Positions 48,259 through 56,680 of a stretch of DNA of 64,000 nucleotides are shown in pieces (the first letter of the stretch is position 1; the number at the start of each line of letters is the position of its first letter). The stretch lies in the IMG/VR virus record IMGVR_UViG_3300009124_000007, positions 1-64,000 of that record; one strand, 5' to 3'. Position numbers and translations under genes: made by a program. This DNA is from a virus. The notes beneath the pieces were generated by a model that did not search any database, was not told the DNA's origin, and saw only the letters and a list, made by a program, of their open reading frames with translations.

Positions 48259-50558
48259 GTAACGGCATCAAAGTTGTAAAGCGAGACGGAAGTACCGAGA
48301 AGATCAATCTCGATAAGGTACATAAGATGGTTGAACATGCCTGTGCAGGTCTTGCAGGTGTTTCTGCTTCTCAGGTTGAGATCAGTTCTGGTCTACAATT
48401 TTTCGATGGTATCAAGACTAGCGACATTCAAGAGATTCTTGTACGTTCTGCAAATGATCTGATTAGTTTGGAAGCACCCAACTATCAGTATGTGGCAGCA
48501 CGACTGTTGTTATTTGGTCTTCGTAAGAGAGTGTATGGCGAGCACCCAGATAATCACCCACCTCTCCTAGAACATTGTTACAAATGCGTAAGTGGAGCAG
48601 TATATGAAGGGCAAATTTTGCGTAAATATACTGCAGAGGAATGGGCACAAATTGATAGTTGGATTGATCATGATCGTGACATGCTATTCACTTATGCAGG
48701 TCTACGTCAGGTCGTTGACAAGTACCTCGTGCAAGATAGAAGCAGTGGCGAAGTATATGAGACGCCACAATATATGTACATGATGATCGCTGTTACTCTG
48801 TTCCAAGATTATCCTAAGGAGACTCGTCTCGAATATGTCCGACGCTACTACGACGCAATCTCAAAGCACAAAATCAACATCCCAACCCCTGTCATGGCAG
48901 GAGTTCGGACGCCACTTCGACAGTTTGCTAGCTGTGTTCTTGTTGATGTTGATGACACCCTCGATAGTATCTTTAGCAGCGACATGGCTATTGGTTACTA
49001 CGTTGCTCAACGTGCAGGAATCGGCATCAACGCAGGTCGAATCCGTGGCATCAACAGTAAAATCCGAGGCGGAGAGGTTCAACACACAGGTGTGGTCCCC
49101 TTCCTCAAAAAGTTTGAATCAACTGTGCGATGCTGCACACAAAACGGCATCCGAGGTGGGTCAGCTACTGTCCACTTTCCTATCTGGCACCAAGAGATAG
49201 AAGATATCATTGTTCTCAAGAACAACAAAGGTACAGAAGACAATCGCGTAAGGAAACTTGACTACTCAATCCAGATTTCAAAACTGTTCTACGAACGATT
49301 CATCCAGAACGGAGACATCACCCTCTTCAGTCCGCATGACGTACCAGGTCTGTATGATGCTTTTGGCACTCCTGAGTTTGATGATCTCTATATCAAGTAT
49401 GAATCTGATGAATCAATTCCTAAGCGATCTGTCCGTGCTCAAGAACTCATTCTGGACCTCCTGAAGGAGAGAGCAGAGACTGGTCGTTTGTACATCATGA
49501 ACATCGACCACTGTAACTCCCACTCTTCATTCAAAGATAAGGTAAACATGTCCAACCTGTGTCAGGAGATCACTCTCCCCACAGATCCTATCGATCACAT
49601 CGATGATGATGCAGGTGAGATTGCTTTGTGCATTCTGTCTGCTATCAACGTTGGTAAGATCAAGTCCCTGGATGAGATGGAGAACCTCTGTGACCTCGCT
49701 GTGAGGGGTCTGGATGCCCTTATTGACTATCAGGGATACCCAGTTGCTGCTGCTAAGCGTTCGACTCTTGCTCGCCGTTCTCTGGGCATTGGTTTCATCG
49801 GTCTGGCACACTACCTCGCTAAGCATGGATACTATTACAGTGAACCTCAGGCACTCACCCTAGTACATAAATTGACTGAGGCATTCCAGTACAACCTCCT
49901 GAAAGCATCTAATGAACTTGCAAGAGAGTATGGTCCATGTGCAGCATATGATCGTACTAAGTATGCAGATGGTATTTTGCCGATCGATACATACAAGAAG
50001 GAAGTTGATGAGTTAGTAGACCCAGAATACGATTATGATTGGGATAGTTTACGGGATGCTATCGCCCGCCACGGACTACGGAACTCAACACTGTCCGCAC
50101 AGATGCCATCAGAGAGCAGTTCCGTTGTGTCAAATGCCACAAACGGAATCGAACCACCTAGAGACTACTTGTCCATCAAGAAGAGTAAGAAGGGTCCGCT
50201 CAAGCAGATCGTTCCTCAGTATGGTTCTCTCAAGAATAACTACACGCTTCTCTGGGACATGCAGTCCAACGAAGGATACATCAACGTAGTGGCAGTTATC
50301 CAAAAGTTCTTCGACCAAGCAATCTCTGGTAACTGGTCTTACAACCCCGAGAACTATCCAGATAATGAAGTGCCTGTTTCTGTGATGGCACAAGACTTCC
50401 TCAATACATACAAGTATGGTTGGAAGACTTCTTATTATCAAAACACATATGACAACAAAAAAGATGCAGACATCGACGAGAAATCTGAGAATGTTGACAT
50501 CCTTATCCAACAACTGCTAGAATCAGAGGAGGAAGATTGTGAGTCCTGCAAAGTCTAA
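48255..50558 (+). CDS. nrdA: ribonucleotide reductase class Ia alpha subunit
   Basis: ATP cone VVKRDG; SCVL, SNLCQEI, C-terminal CESCKV. Confidence 0.98.
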   Translation: MSNGIKVVKRDGSTEKINLDKVHKMVEHACAGLAGVSASQVEISSGLQFFDGIKTSDIQEILVRSANDLISLEAPNYQYVAARLLLFGLRKRVYGEHPDNHPPLLEHCYKCVSGAVYEGQILRKYTAEEWAQIDSWIDHDRDMLFTYAGLRQVVDKYLVQDRSSGEVYETPQYMYMMIAVTLFQDYPKETRLEYVRRYYDAISKHKINIPTPVMAGVRTPLRQFASCVLVDVDDTLDSIFSSDMAIGYYVAQRAGIGINAGRIRGINSKIRGGEVQHTGVVPFLKKFESTVRCCTQNGIRGGSATVHFPIWHQEIEDIIVLKNNKGTEDNRVRKLDYSIQISKLFYERFIQNGDITLFSPHDVPGLYDAFGTPEFDDLYIKYESDESIPKRSVRAQELILDLLKERAETGRLYIMNIDHCNSHSSFKDKVNMSNLCQEITLPTDPIDHIDDDAGEIALCILSAINVGKIKSLDEMENLCDLAVRGLDALIDYQGYPVAAAKRSTLARRSLGIGFIGLAHYLAKHGYYYSEPQALTLVHKLTEAFQYNLLKASNELAREYGPCAAYDRTKYADGILPIDTYKKEVDELVDPEYDYDWDSLRDAIARHGLRNSTLSAQMPSESSSVVSNATNGIEPPRDYLSIKKSKKGPLKQIVPQYGSLKNNYTLLWDMQSNEGYINVVAVIQKFFDQAISGNWSYNPENYPDNEVPVSVMAQDFLNTYKYGWKTSYYQNTYDNKKDADIDEKSENVDILIQQLLESEEEDCESCKV

Positions 50559-51702
50559 AGAAGTATCTGGTATGACCGTATTCAACAAAAAGAAAGTAAA
50601 CAGCAAGAAACAACCTATGTTTTTTGGACAACCACTCGGTGTCCAACGCTATGACGGATTCAAGTATCCAGTATTTGATCGACTAACGCAGCAGCAACTG
50701 GGGTATTTCTGGAGACCTGAAGAGGTCTCCCTCCAGAAGGATCGTGCAGACTATGCACAACTGACTCCTGAGCAAAAGCATATCTTCACCAGCAACCTGA
50801 AGTATCAGATCATGCTGGACTCTGTGCAGGGTCGTGGTCCTGGTATGGCATTCATTCCATACTGCTCCCTCCCTGAACTGGAAGCATGTATGACTGTGTG
50901 GGAGTTCATGGAGATGATCCACTCTCGTTCATACACATACATCATCAAGAATGTGTACTCTGACCCAGGTGAGGTGTTTGATACTATTCTCGATGATGAA
51001 CGTATCATCCAGCGTTCTGCTTCTGTTACTGAATCGTATGATCAATTCATTGAACATGCTCATCAGTATGACAACACTACTACTTGGGAACTTGCTAAGG
51101 AAGGACACGTATCTGGTATCTACGATCGTGTCGAACTGAAGCGTAAACTCTATCGTGCTATTGCTAATGTCAATATCCTGGAGGGCATCCGCTTCTATGT
51201 TAGTTTTGCTTGCAGTTTTGCTTTCGGTGAAAATAAACTCATGGAAGGTTCTGCAAAAATCCTATCCCTTATTGCTCGTGATGAGAATCAACACCTGGTG
51301 ATCACTCAAAACATCATGAACAAGTGGCGTGATGGAGATGATCCTGAGATGCAGCAGATTGCTATCGAAGAGGAAGAGAATGTCATCAACATGTTCCGTC
51401 AGACCGTGGATGAAGAGAAGGCATGGGCAGAGTATCTGTTCAAAGATGGATCTATGATCGGTCTGAATGAACGTCTTCTTGGTCAGTATGTTGAATGGAT
51501 TGCTAACCGTCGTATGAAAGCGATTGGCATCAAACCTATCTATGATATCCCTGCTAAGAACAACCCTCTGCCCTGGACTGAGCACTGGTTGAACAGTAAG
51601 GGTCAACAAAATGCACCTCAAGAAACGGAGATTGAAAGTTATGTCATCGGAGGAATCAAACAAGATCTCAAAGCAGACACCTTCGCAGGGTTCTCCCTCT
51701 GA
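50539..51702 (+). CDS. nrdB: ribonucleotide reductase class Ia beta subunit
   Basis: FWRPEEV, EMIHSRSY, LEGIRFYVSF, RDENQH. Confidence 0.98.
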   Translation: MSPAKSKEVSGMTVFNKKKVNSKKQPMFFGQPLGVQRYDGFKYPVFDRLTQQQLGYFWRPEEVSLQKDRADYAQLTPEQKHIFTSNLKYQIMLDSVQGRGPGMAFIPYCSLPELEACMTVWEFMEMIHSRSYTYIIKNVYSDPGEVFDTILDDERIIQRSASVTESYDQFIEHAHQYDNTTTWELAKEGHVSGIYDRVELKRKLYRAIANVNILEGIRFYVSFACSFAFGENKLMEGSAKILSLIARDENQHLVITQNIMNKWRDGDDPEMQQIAIEEEENVINMFRQTVDEEKAWAEYLFKDGSMIGLNERLLGQYVEWIANRRMKAIGIKPIYDIPAKNNPLPWTEHWLNSKGQQNAPQETEIESYVIGGIKQDLKADTFAGFSL

Positions 51703-51922
51703 GATTCAAAAGGACCTCTACACAGAGGTCACTAACTATTATAACAATCAGAGTGACGCTTGGATAGATAGTCTTTATGATGAGCTCATCAATAGCGGTA
51801 ACGAATTAGAAGACCATGAAAATTTCTTCGATATTTGGGACAAAAACTACGCCAAGCGTCAACTCCTCAGAAGACTCAAAGCAGAAGAACCAGACGTGGA
51901 CCTGGACGAAATGGGGCAATAA
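51641..51922 (+). CDS. hypothetical protein (start uncertain)
   Basis: Acidic ORF overlapping the nrdB 3' end. Confidence 0.45.
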   Translation: MSSEESNKISKQTPSQGSPSEIQKDLYTEVTNYYNNQSDAWIDSLYDELINSGNELEDHENFFDIWDKNYAKRQLLRRLKAEEPDVDLDEMGQ

Positions 51923-52091
51923 CGTTGATATTCCTGAACGTCTCACAAAAGAACAGGTTCAGGAAATGATCGATAAGGCTATTGACAACCACAATAAAAC
52001 TGCTACAATGATATCAGCATCGATAGGAGGGGTTCTCCTCTTCTTCTATGCTCATGGTGTACTCGCTGTGATCGATCGTGTATCACACTGA
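51816..52091 (+). CDS. hypothetical membrane protein (start uncertain)
   Basis: TKEQVQEMIDKAIDNHN followed by a hydrophobic segment. Confidence 0.55.
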   Translation: MKISSIFGTKTTPSVNSSEDSKQKNQTWTWTKWGNNVDIPERLTKEQVQEMIDKAIDNHNKTATMISASIGGVLLFFYAHGVLAVIDRVSH

Positions 52092-52105
52092 ACAGCACCA
52101 TGTCG

Positions 52106-52113
52106 TATAAATA
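52106..52113 (+). promoter_or_regulatory. T4-type late promoter TATAAATA
   Basis: Exact consensus upstream of the riboswitch-like RNA. Confidence 0.8.
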
Positions 52114-52140
52114 ATATGGTAACAATAGTTACCACTTATA

Positions 52141-52186
52141 CGTTCATCTTACAATTATAGTAAGACGCAAGTAAGTCGCGGAACGG
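52141..52186 (+). ncRNA. glutamine riboswitch-like element 1 (glnA / Downstream-peptide family)
   Basis: P1 CGTTC/GAACG; P2 TCTTAC/GTAAGA; CGCAAGTAAG junction. Confidence 0.65.
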
Positions 52187-52188
52187 AG

Positions 52189-52402
52189 CGTTCATCCTAT
52201 GTTATCATTGGCACTCATCTTTTTTAGTCACGTCCCAGTGGAGAATTATCTTCGCTGTGAAGACTATGAATGGTTGAAGCAGGGACTACAAGAGACAACT
52301 CTTTTCACTCCCTTTGAGAAATCTGATATTCTCATCCACTGGATGAATCATACAGATCCTCATTGTTTTGATAGCAAGGACGCACACGACTGAAGGAACG
52401 GG
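52189..52402 (+). ncRNA. Downstream-peptide (glutamine-II) riboswitch-like element 2 with a very large P2 loop
   Basis: CGTTCATCCT...AGGACGCACACGACTGAAGGAACGGG; upstream of a YRG-motif peptide. Confidence 0.7.
52199..52393 (+). CDS. 64-aa ORF inside the riboswitch P2 loop
   Basis: ATG in the P2 5' strand, TGA within the conserved GACTGAAGG; GGAG upstream. Confidence 0.65.
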   Translation: MLSLALIFFSHVPVENYLRCEDYEWLKQGLQETTLFTPFEKSDILIHWMNHTDPHCFDSKDAHD

Positions 52403-52436
52403 ATTTAATTATCTCATTTCTTTAGGAGTACCTACA

Positions 52437-52601
52437 ATGAACACACTAACCCTTATCAAGAAGCAGATCCAGAAGCAAGCAGCACTTCACGATGCTCAGA
52501 TTGCGATGACCACTTATCGTGGTGTTCGCTATGAGTGCCAGCAAGGTGCTGAAGAAGTTCATGGAACATTCTGCTATCGCGGTCACACTTATAACAAGTG
52601 A
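52437..52601 (+). CDS. DUF4278-like YRG-motif peptide
   Basis: AGGAG RBS; TYRGVRY and CYRGHTY. Confidence 0.8.
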   Translation: MNTLTLIKKQIQKQAALHDAQIAMTTYRGVRYECQQGAEEVHGTFCYRGHTYNK

Positions 52602-52602
52602 T

Positions 52603-52770
52603 ATGGAAAACTATGTCTATCATCATGATGACATGGATAAAGATAGCAGACCACCCAGTTGTTATCAACTCAAATATAGAGGAGTAACATACTGGTCCTG
52701 CTATAATATGCACTTGCATGAATACTTTGAGCGTCTGCTTGAAGTTGAAGCAAGTAACAGGGGACGGTGA
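52603..52770 (+). CDS. second YRG-motif peptide
   Basis: LKYRGVTY; starts immediately after the previous stop. Confidence 0.7.
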   Translation: MENYVYHHDDMDKDSRPPSCYQLKYRGVTYWSCYNMHLHEYFERLLEVEASNRGR

Positions 52771-52788
52771 CATACCGTCCCTTTTTTT
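52760..52788 (+). terminator. intrinsic terminator
   Basis: GGGACGGT-GACAT-ACCGTCCC followed by a T-run. Confidence 0.85.
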
Positions 52789-52824
52789 ATGTCTGCGAAT
52801 AGATATAGCAGACGCTAATTCATT

Positions 52825-52992
52825 ATGCCGAGATCTGCTTTGAACAAGAATGACATGCTCTACAGGGTCTACAAACTAAAGACTGGTCTGCATGACGGAA
52901 CCATGTGGGGAGACGCCTCAGAGGAGCATAAAGAGGGCGTACACGATGCCTTAGGGAAGGTGCTAGAGATTCTAAACGAATACTCCTCTTGA
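52825..52992 (+). CDS. small hypothetical protein (55 aa, not in the ORF track)
   Basis: MPRSALNKNDMLYRVYKLK...VLEILNEYSS. Confidence 0.65.
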   Translation: MPRSALNKNDMLYRVYKLKTGLHDGTMWGDASEEHKEGVHDALGKVLEILNEYSS

Positions 52993-53040
52993 CATACATA
53001 TCTAAAATAACTAGAATCAACACTGTCAGGGTTGGAAGAG

Positions 53041-53193
53041 ATGGAACAGAGAAAGCTAAAAGAGATTATCAATGATCTAGAGAAAGTTCTAGATGATTTG
53101 AAATCAGAGGTCTATTCGGACCCTTCTAAATATCTTCAAGACATTGGATCCAATGTCAAGATTGGAGATGATAACGATGGAGAAGCAGATTGA
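53041..53193 (+). CDS. small hypothetical protein (50 aa, not in the ORF track)
   Basis: MEQRKLKEIINDLEKVLDDLKSEVYSD. Confidence 0.65.
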   Translation: MEQRKLKEIINDLEKVLDDLKSEVYSDPSKYLQDIGSNVKIGDDNDGEAD

Positions 53194-53626
53194 TTATGAA
53201 AACCCCTGGATTTATGAAGGTACTCCCTTCACTAGCGAGGATATTGGTGATTACTACGGGTTTGTGTACAGTATCCGTAACCTCATTTCTGATAGGCGTT
53301 ACATTGGCAGAAAGTACTTCTGGTCGTTACGAAAGCCTAGAGGCAAAAGTAGGAGAGTTAGAAGTGAAAGTGACTGGAAGAAATACTATGGCAGTTCTGA
53401 TGAAGTTGCTGCAGATGTCAAAGAGTATGGAAAGATACAGTTTGAAAGAACTATAATCAGCCTACATAAAACAAAGGGTCAATGCAATTTTGAAGAGACC
53501 CGACAACTTTTTCTACACAATGTACTAACGGAGGAGATGTCAGATGGAACACCTGCTTACTACAACAGCAATATTCTCGGTCGGTACATGCGGAAGGACT
53601 ATTTCCGAGGTGGCACTTGCTCTTGA
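53177..53626 (+). CDS. GIY-YIG family endonuclease
   Basis: GFVYSIRN...YIGRK, YYGSS, YYNSNI. Confidence 0.82.
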   Translation: MEKQIDYENPWIYEGTPFTSEDIGDYYGFVYSIRNLISDRRYIGRKYFWSLRKPRGKSRRVRSESDWKKYYGSSDEVAADVKEYGKIQFERTIISLHKTKGQCNFEETRQLFLHNVLTEEMSDGTPAYYNSNILGRYMRKDYFRGGTCS

Positions 53627-53652
53627 CGCACCAGGGTAACACCTGCTATAAT
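53623..53652 (+). promoter_or_regulatory. sigma70-type early promoter
   Basis: TTGACG-18-TATAAT with extended TG. Confidence 0.75.
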
Positions 53653-53669
53653 TACGGAGTAGTCAACCA

Positions 53670-53897
<228 letters not shown>

Positions 53898-53937
53898 TTC
53901 CTCGCAAGAGGAAATGTTCAATGCTTAGGACAGAGAT

Positions 53938-54138
53938 ATGACTACCGCACAAAAGTTCGCACCTGTAACCAACATTCTTCGCGATGCCGTTACAGGAGAT
54001 GTAAGTCTCGACACTGACTATCCTATTATTTTCCAAAAGGTCTATAGACATTACGAGGAAAAAGGTGTAGACTTCTATGGTAACTCAGAAGAGGATTACG
54101 CAATCCTCATCGACCGTCTTGAAATTGACTTGTTCTAA
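53938..54138 (+). CDS. hypothetical protein
   Basis: ORF in the tRNA region. Confidence 0.7.
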   Translation: MTTAQKFAPVTNILRDAVTGDVSLDTDYPIIFQKVYRHYEEKGVDFYGNSEEDYAILIDRLEIDLF

Positions 54139-54141
54139 ACT

Positions 54142-54381
54142 ATGAAAACCAAAGTCCTCCTAGAACGTTATCCTTATCGATACGTGGAGTGTGGCATCCT
54201 AGAAATCAATGGGATGCCCGACTTCCGTCTCCAAAAGGCAAATGAGTACACAAAGCGATACTCTGACATCTATCTTTTTGACAATGGCGCTCAATGTTCA
54301 CTCGCTATTGAGGACTTTGAATACACGAAATGGTTAGATCCTGATCGTGTTCCCTGTTATGTACGTGATTCCTGCTCTTGA
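54142..54381 (+). CDS. hypothetical protein
   Basis: ERYPYRYVECG...EDFEYTKWLDP, typical of cyanophage ORFs (recalled). Confidence 0.75.
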   Translation: MKTKVLLERYPYRYVECGILEINGMPDFRLQKANEYTKRYSDIYLFDNGAQCSLAIEDFEYTKWLDPDRVPCYVRDSCS

Positions 54382-54383
54382 TT

Positions 54384-54599
54384 ATGAACGTGTATGATCA
54401 GGCAGTTGCTTCTGCAAAAGAAGCATTCAAAACTGCCCTAGATACTGATGTAGATGCTTCTACATTGTCTGAACTCTGGAGACATTATCTTGGACTACGA
54501 GCAATCGTTGACAAGATTGCCCAGACAGACAAACCACAATTCAATATTGATTTACAACAATCGCCTTTGACTTTTGGAGATGATCGCATCAGTCTCTAG
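54384..54599 (+). CDS. hypothetical protein
   Basis: LSELWRHYLGL. Confidence 0.65.
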   Translation: MNVYDQAVASAKEAFKTALDTDVDASTLSELWRHYLGLRAIVDKIAQTDKPQFNIDLQQSPLTFGDDRISL

Positions 54600-54680
54600 T
54601 CTTTGCCAATAGACTCTAAACTAGATGGTTGTAACGCATGAGAGATGTTTATACAACTCGTTGACGCGAACACCCCAAAA

Positions 54681-54875
54681 GAGTTTCCCCGTTCTCACAA
54701 AACGGGGTGGTGGAGTCAATTATGACCCTCTTAGTCTCGGGAAGACATAAAACTCGCCCTGGTCGGGATGGTCCTAGGACCCCTGGAGTTTCCTGCTTCT
54801 CTCAAAAGCAGGTGGTGCGGATGGGAACTCTCCCGCCTGTTTCTTATTTCAGTAAAAAATAAGTGGCGAGCCTGC
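54681..54875 (+). ncRNA. structured RNA with three pseudoknot-TGGYG units (wcaG/manA-like cyanophage motif)
   Basis: Covarying H-type pseudoknots at 54681, 54786 and 54837, each followed by TGGYG. Confidence 0.75.
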
Positions 54876-54902
54876 TCTGGGGGACTTGACCCTCCCCCTC
54901 AA

Positions 54903-54984
54903 GCACATGTGGCGGAATTGGTAGACGCGCTGGGTTTAGGTTCCAGTGACTTATGTCGTGGAGGTTCAAGTCCTCTCATGTGTA
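54903..54984 (+). tRNA. tRNA-Leu(TAG)
   Basis: Acceptor GCACATG/CATGTGT; anticodon arm CTGGG-TTTAGGT-TCCAG; long variable arm; T loop TTCAAGT. Confidence 0.93.
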
Positions 54985-55002
54985 TACAATGAACTTAGTA
55001 TT

Positions 55003-55650
55003 ATGACTCTTCTAAATCTTTTTCCCTGTCCAATTATTCGAGAACCTGCTCATCCCGAACATAACTATCACCAGGTACAGCAAGAGATCCTACCTATCCT
55101 GAAAGCAGTAGAGGAAGGTGATCTAGAATGTGTGTCTTACATCTATAGAGACTGTAAGAAAGACAAGCAACTTGCTAAGGTCGGTAATGTTCTACCCACT
55201 TGGCAGATTGAAGATGATCTGATTGGCAAATACAATCTAGTAAATCTAGAGAAACGTATCTACGAGGCACTAGGAAAGTATTTGGGTTTCATCAAAGCAA
55301 ATAAATCTGAGCACAATAAAGAAAACAAGAGTGCTGTTATCAAATGCTCTTGGATCAATATTGCCGAACGTGGAAAGTCCCACGACATTCATGCTCATCC
55401 TGGGTATGATATCGCTGGCATTTATTACTTTAGGGTGTCTGAAGATCAGGGTGGTATTACCTTCAACAATCCTAACATGATGGTGTATAATGGTAACTTC
55501 CCTGAGGGTCAGATGACTCCCATGAGTATGGAGATCATTCCACAAGACGGAGATCTCTTCTTGTTTCCTGCCTGGTTGCAGCACGGAACAAGACCAAACA
55601 AAACTGATGACCCTAGGGTCAGTATTTCATTCAACATCAACATCGAATAA
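55003..55650 (+). CDS. 2OG-Fe(II) oxygenase family protein
   Basis: SWIN, HAH, GIYY, LFPAWLQHG, RVSISFN. Confidence 0.85.
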   Translation: MTLLNLFPCPIIREPAHPEHNYHQVQQEILPILKAVEEGDLECVSYIYRDCKKDKQLAKVGNVLPTWQIEDDLIGKYNLVNLEKRIYEALGKYLGFIKANKSEHNKENKSAVIKCSWINIAERGKSHDIHAHPGYDIAGIYYFRVSEDQGGITFNNPNMMVYNGNFPEGQMTPMSMEIIPQDGDLFLFPAWLQHGTRPNKTDDPRVSISFNINIE

Positions 55651-55652
55651 TT

Positions 55653-56153
55653 ATGCAAATCCCTGATACTCTTCTCCGCCATCGTATTGATGGTAAATTT
55701 GTGGACGTGAGAACCCACGAGGTGTTCGGAGGCAAACGAGTCGTTGTCTTTGGACTGCCTGGTGCATTTACTCCTACCTGTAGCACTAAGCAACTGCCTG
55801 GTTTTGAAAAACTGTATACTGACATTACCACTCTTGGTATTGATGAAATCTATTGTACTTCTGTCAATGATTCGTTCGTGATGGATGCTTGGTTCAATGA
55901 CCTGGGTATTCGTTATGTGAAACCTTTTGCTGATGGTTCTGGTCACTTTGCTGCCATGATGAATATGCTTGTGACTAAAACTAATCTTGGTTTCGGTCTT
56001 CGTTCTTGGCGTTATGCTACCATCATCAATAACCTGGAAATTGAACTGATGCGTGAGGAAGAGGGCAAACGTGATGATGCTGAAGACGATCCGTTTGAAA
56101 TCTCTAACGCAGAAGGTATCCTAGAATACCTAAAGACACATCCGACTGCTTGA
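55653..56153 (+). CDS. peroxiredoxin (Prx5 / type II)
   Basis: LPGAFTPTCS, SVNDSFVMDAW, RSWRY. Confidence 0.93.
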   Translation: MQIPDTLLRHRIDGKFVDVRTHEVFGGKRVVVFGLPGAFTPTCSTKQLPGFEKLYTDITTLGIDEIYCTSVNDSFVMDAWFNDLGIRYVKPFADGSGHFAAMMNMLVTKTNLGFGLRSWRYATIINNLEIELMREEEGKRDDAEDDPFEISNAEGILEYLKTHPTA

Positions 56154-56178
56154 CAAGAATGTAAAAATACTATATAAT
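56150..56178 (+). promoter_or_regulatory. consensus sigma70 promoter for the hli genes
   Basis: TTGACA-17-TATAAT. Confidence 0.85.
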
Positions 56179-56204
56179 TCTGTAGTAAATCTTTACAAAG
56201 CATT

Positions 56205-56423
56205 ATGACCGTCACAACTAATGAGCAGGGGCAGAACAATATGTTCGCTGTTGAACCTGCAATGTACATGACTGATGAAGACCGCGCTAAGTATGGCATG
56301 GAGTCTCATGCAGAACGTGCAGAAAAACTAAATGGTCGCACTGCAATGCTTGGATTTGTTGCTGCAGTCATCTCGTATGCTACTACGGGTAGCGTGTTCT
56401 TCTTTGGAGCATTTGGGTTCTGA
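56205..56423 (+). CDS. hli: high-light inducible protein
   Basis: AEKLNGRTAMLGF chlorophyll-binding motif. Confidence 0.93.
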   Translation: MTVTTNEQGQNNMFAVEPAMYMTDEDRAKYGMESHAERAEKLNGRTAMLGFVAAVISYATTGSVFFFGAFGF

Positions 56424-56426
56424 TCT

Positions 56427-56576
56427 ATGCCAAATCCAAATGCTCTTTACGAGGACATGCAGAAGCTCGATGATTTGTATGAAGAGCTACTGTGGCATCC
56501 TGACGATGAATTACAATTTACCCACGATGGCACTAAGGTCATCATTATCAACAAAACATTGGAGGAAAAATCATGA
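56427..56576 (+). CDS. small hypothetical protein (49 aa, not in the ORF track)
   Basis: MPNPNALYEDMQKLDDLYEELLWHPDDEL. Confidence 0.65.
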   Translation: MPNPNALYEDMQKLDDLYEELLWHPDDELQFTHDGTKVIIINKTLEEKS

Positions 56577-56680
56577 ATGAAAAAGCAGAACGTATCAATG
56601 GTTGGGCAGCAATGATCGGTGTGATCGCTGCTATGGGTGCATACGCAACCACTGGTCAAATCATTCCTGGAATTTGGTGA
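56573..56680 (+). CDS. hli: high-light inducible protein (35 aa, not in the ORF track)
   Basis: MNEKAERINGWAAMIG...TGQIIPGIW; GGAGG RBS. Confidence 0.93.
   Translation: MNEKAERINGWAAMIGVIAAMGAYATTGQIIPGIW

Noticed and set aside
31496-51702. Introns or inteins in gp43, gp41, nrdA and nrdB (also checked psbA and psbD)
   Set aside because: All are continuous ORFs of ordinary length with no splice motifs seen.
54681-54868. Possible mini-CRISPR array
   Set aside because: The units conserve structure rather than sequence, spacing is irregular, and no cas genes are present.
54768-54992. 74-aa ORF over the pseudoknot array and tRNA-Leu
   Set aside because: The region is better explained by covarying RNA structure and a canonical tRNA.
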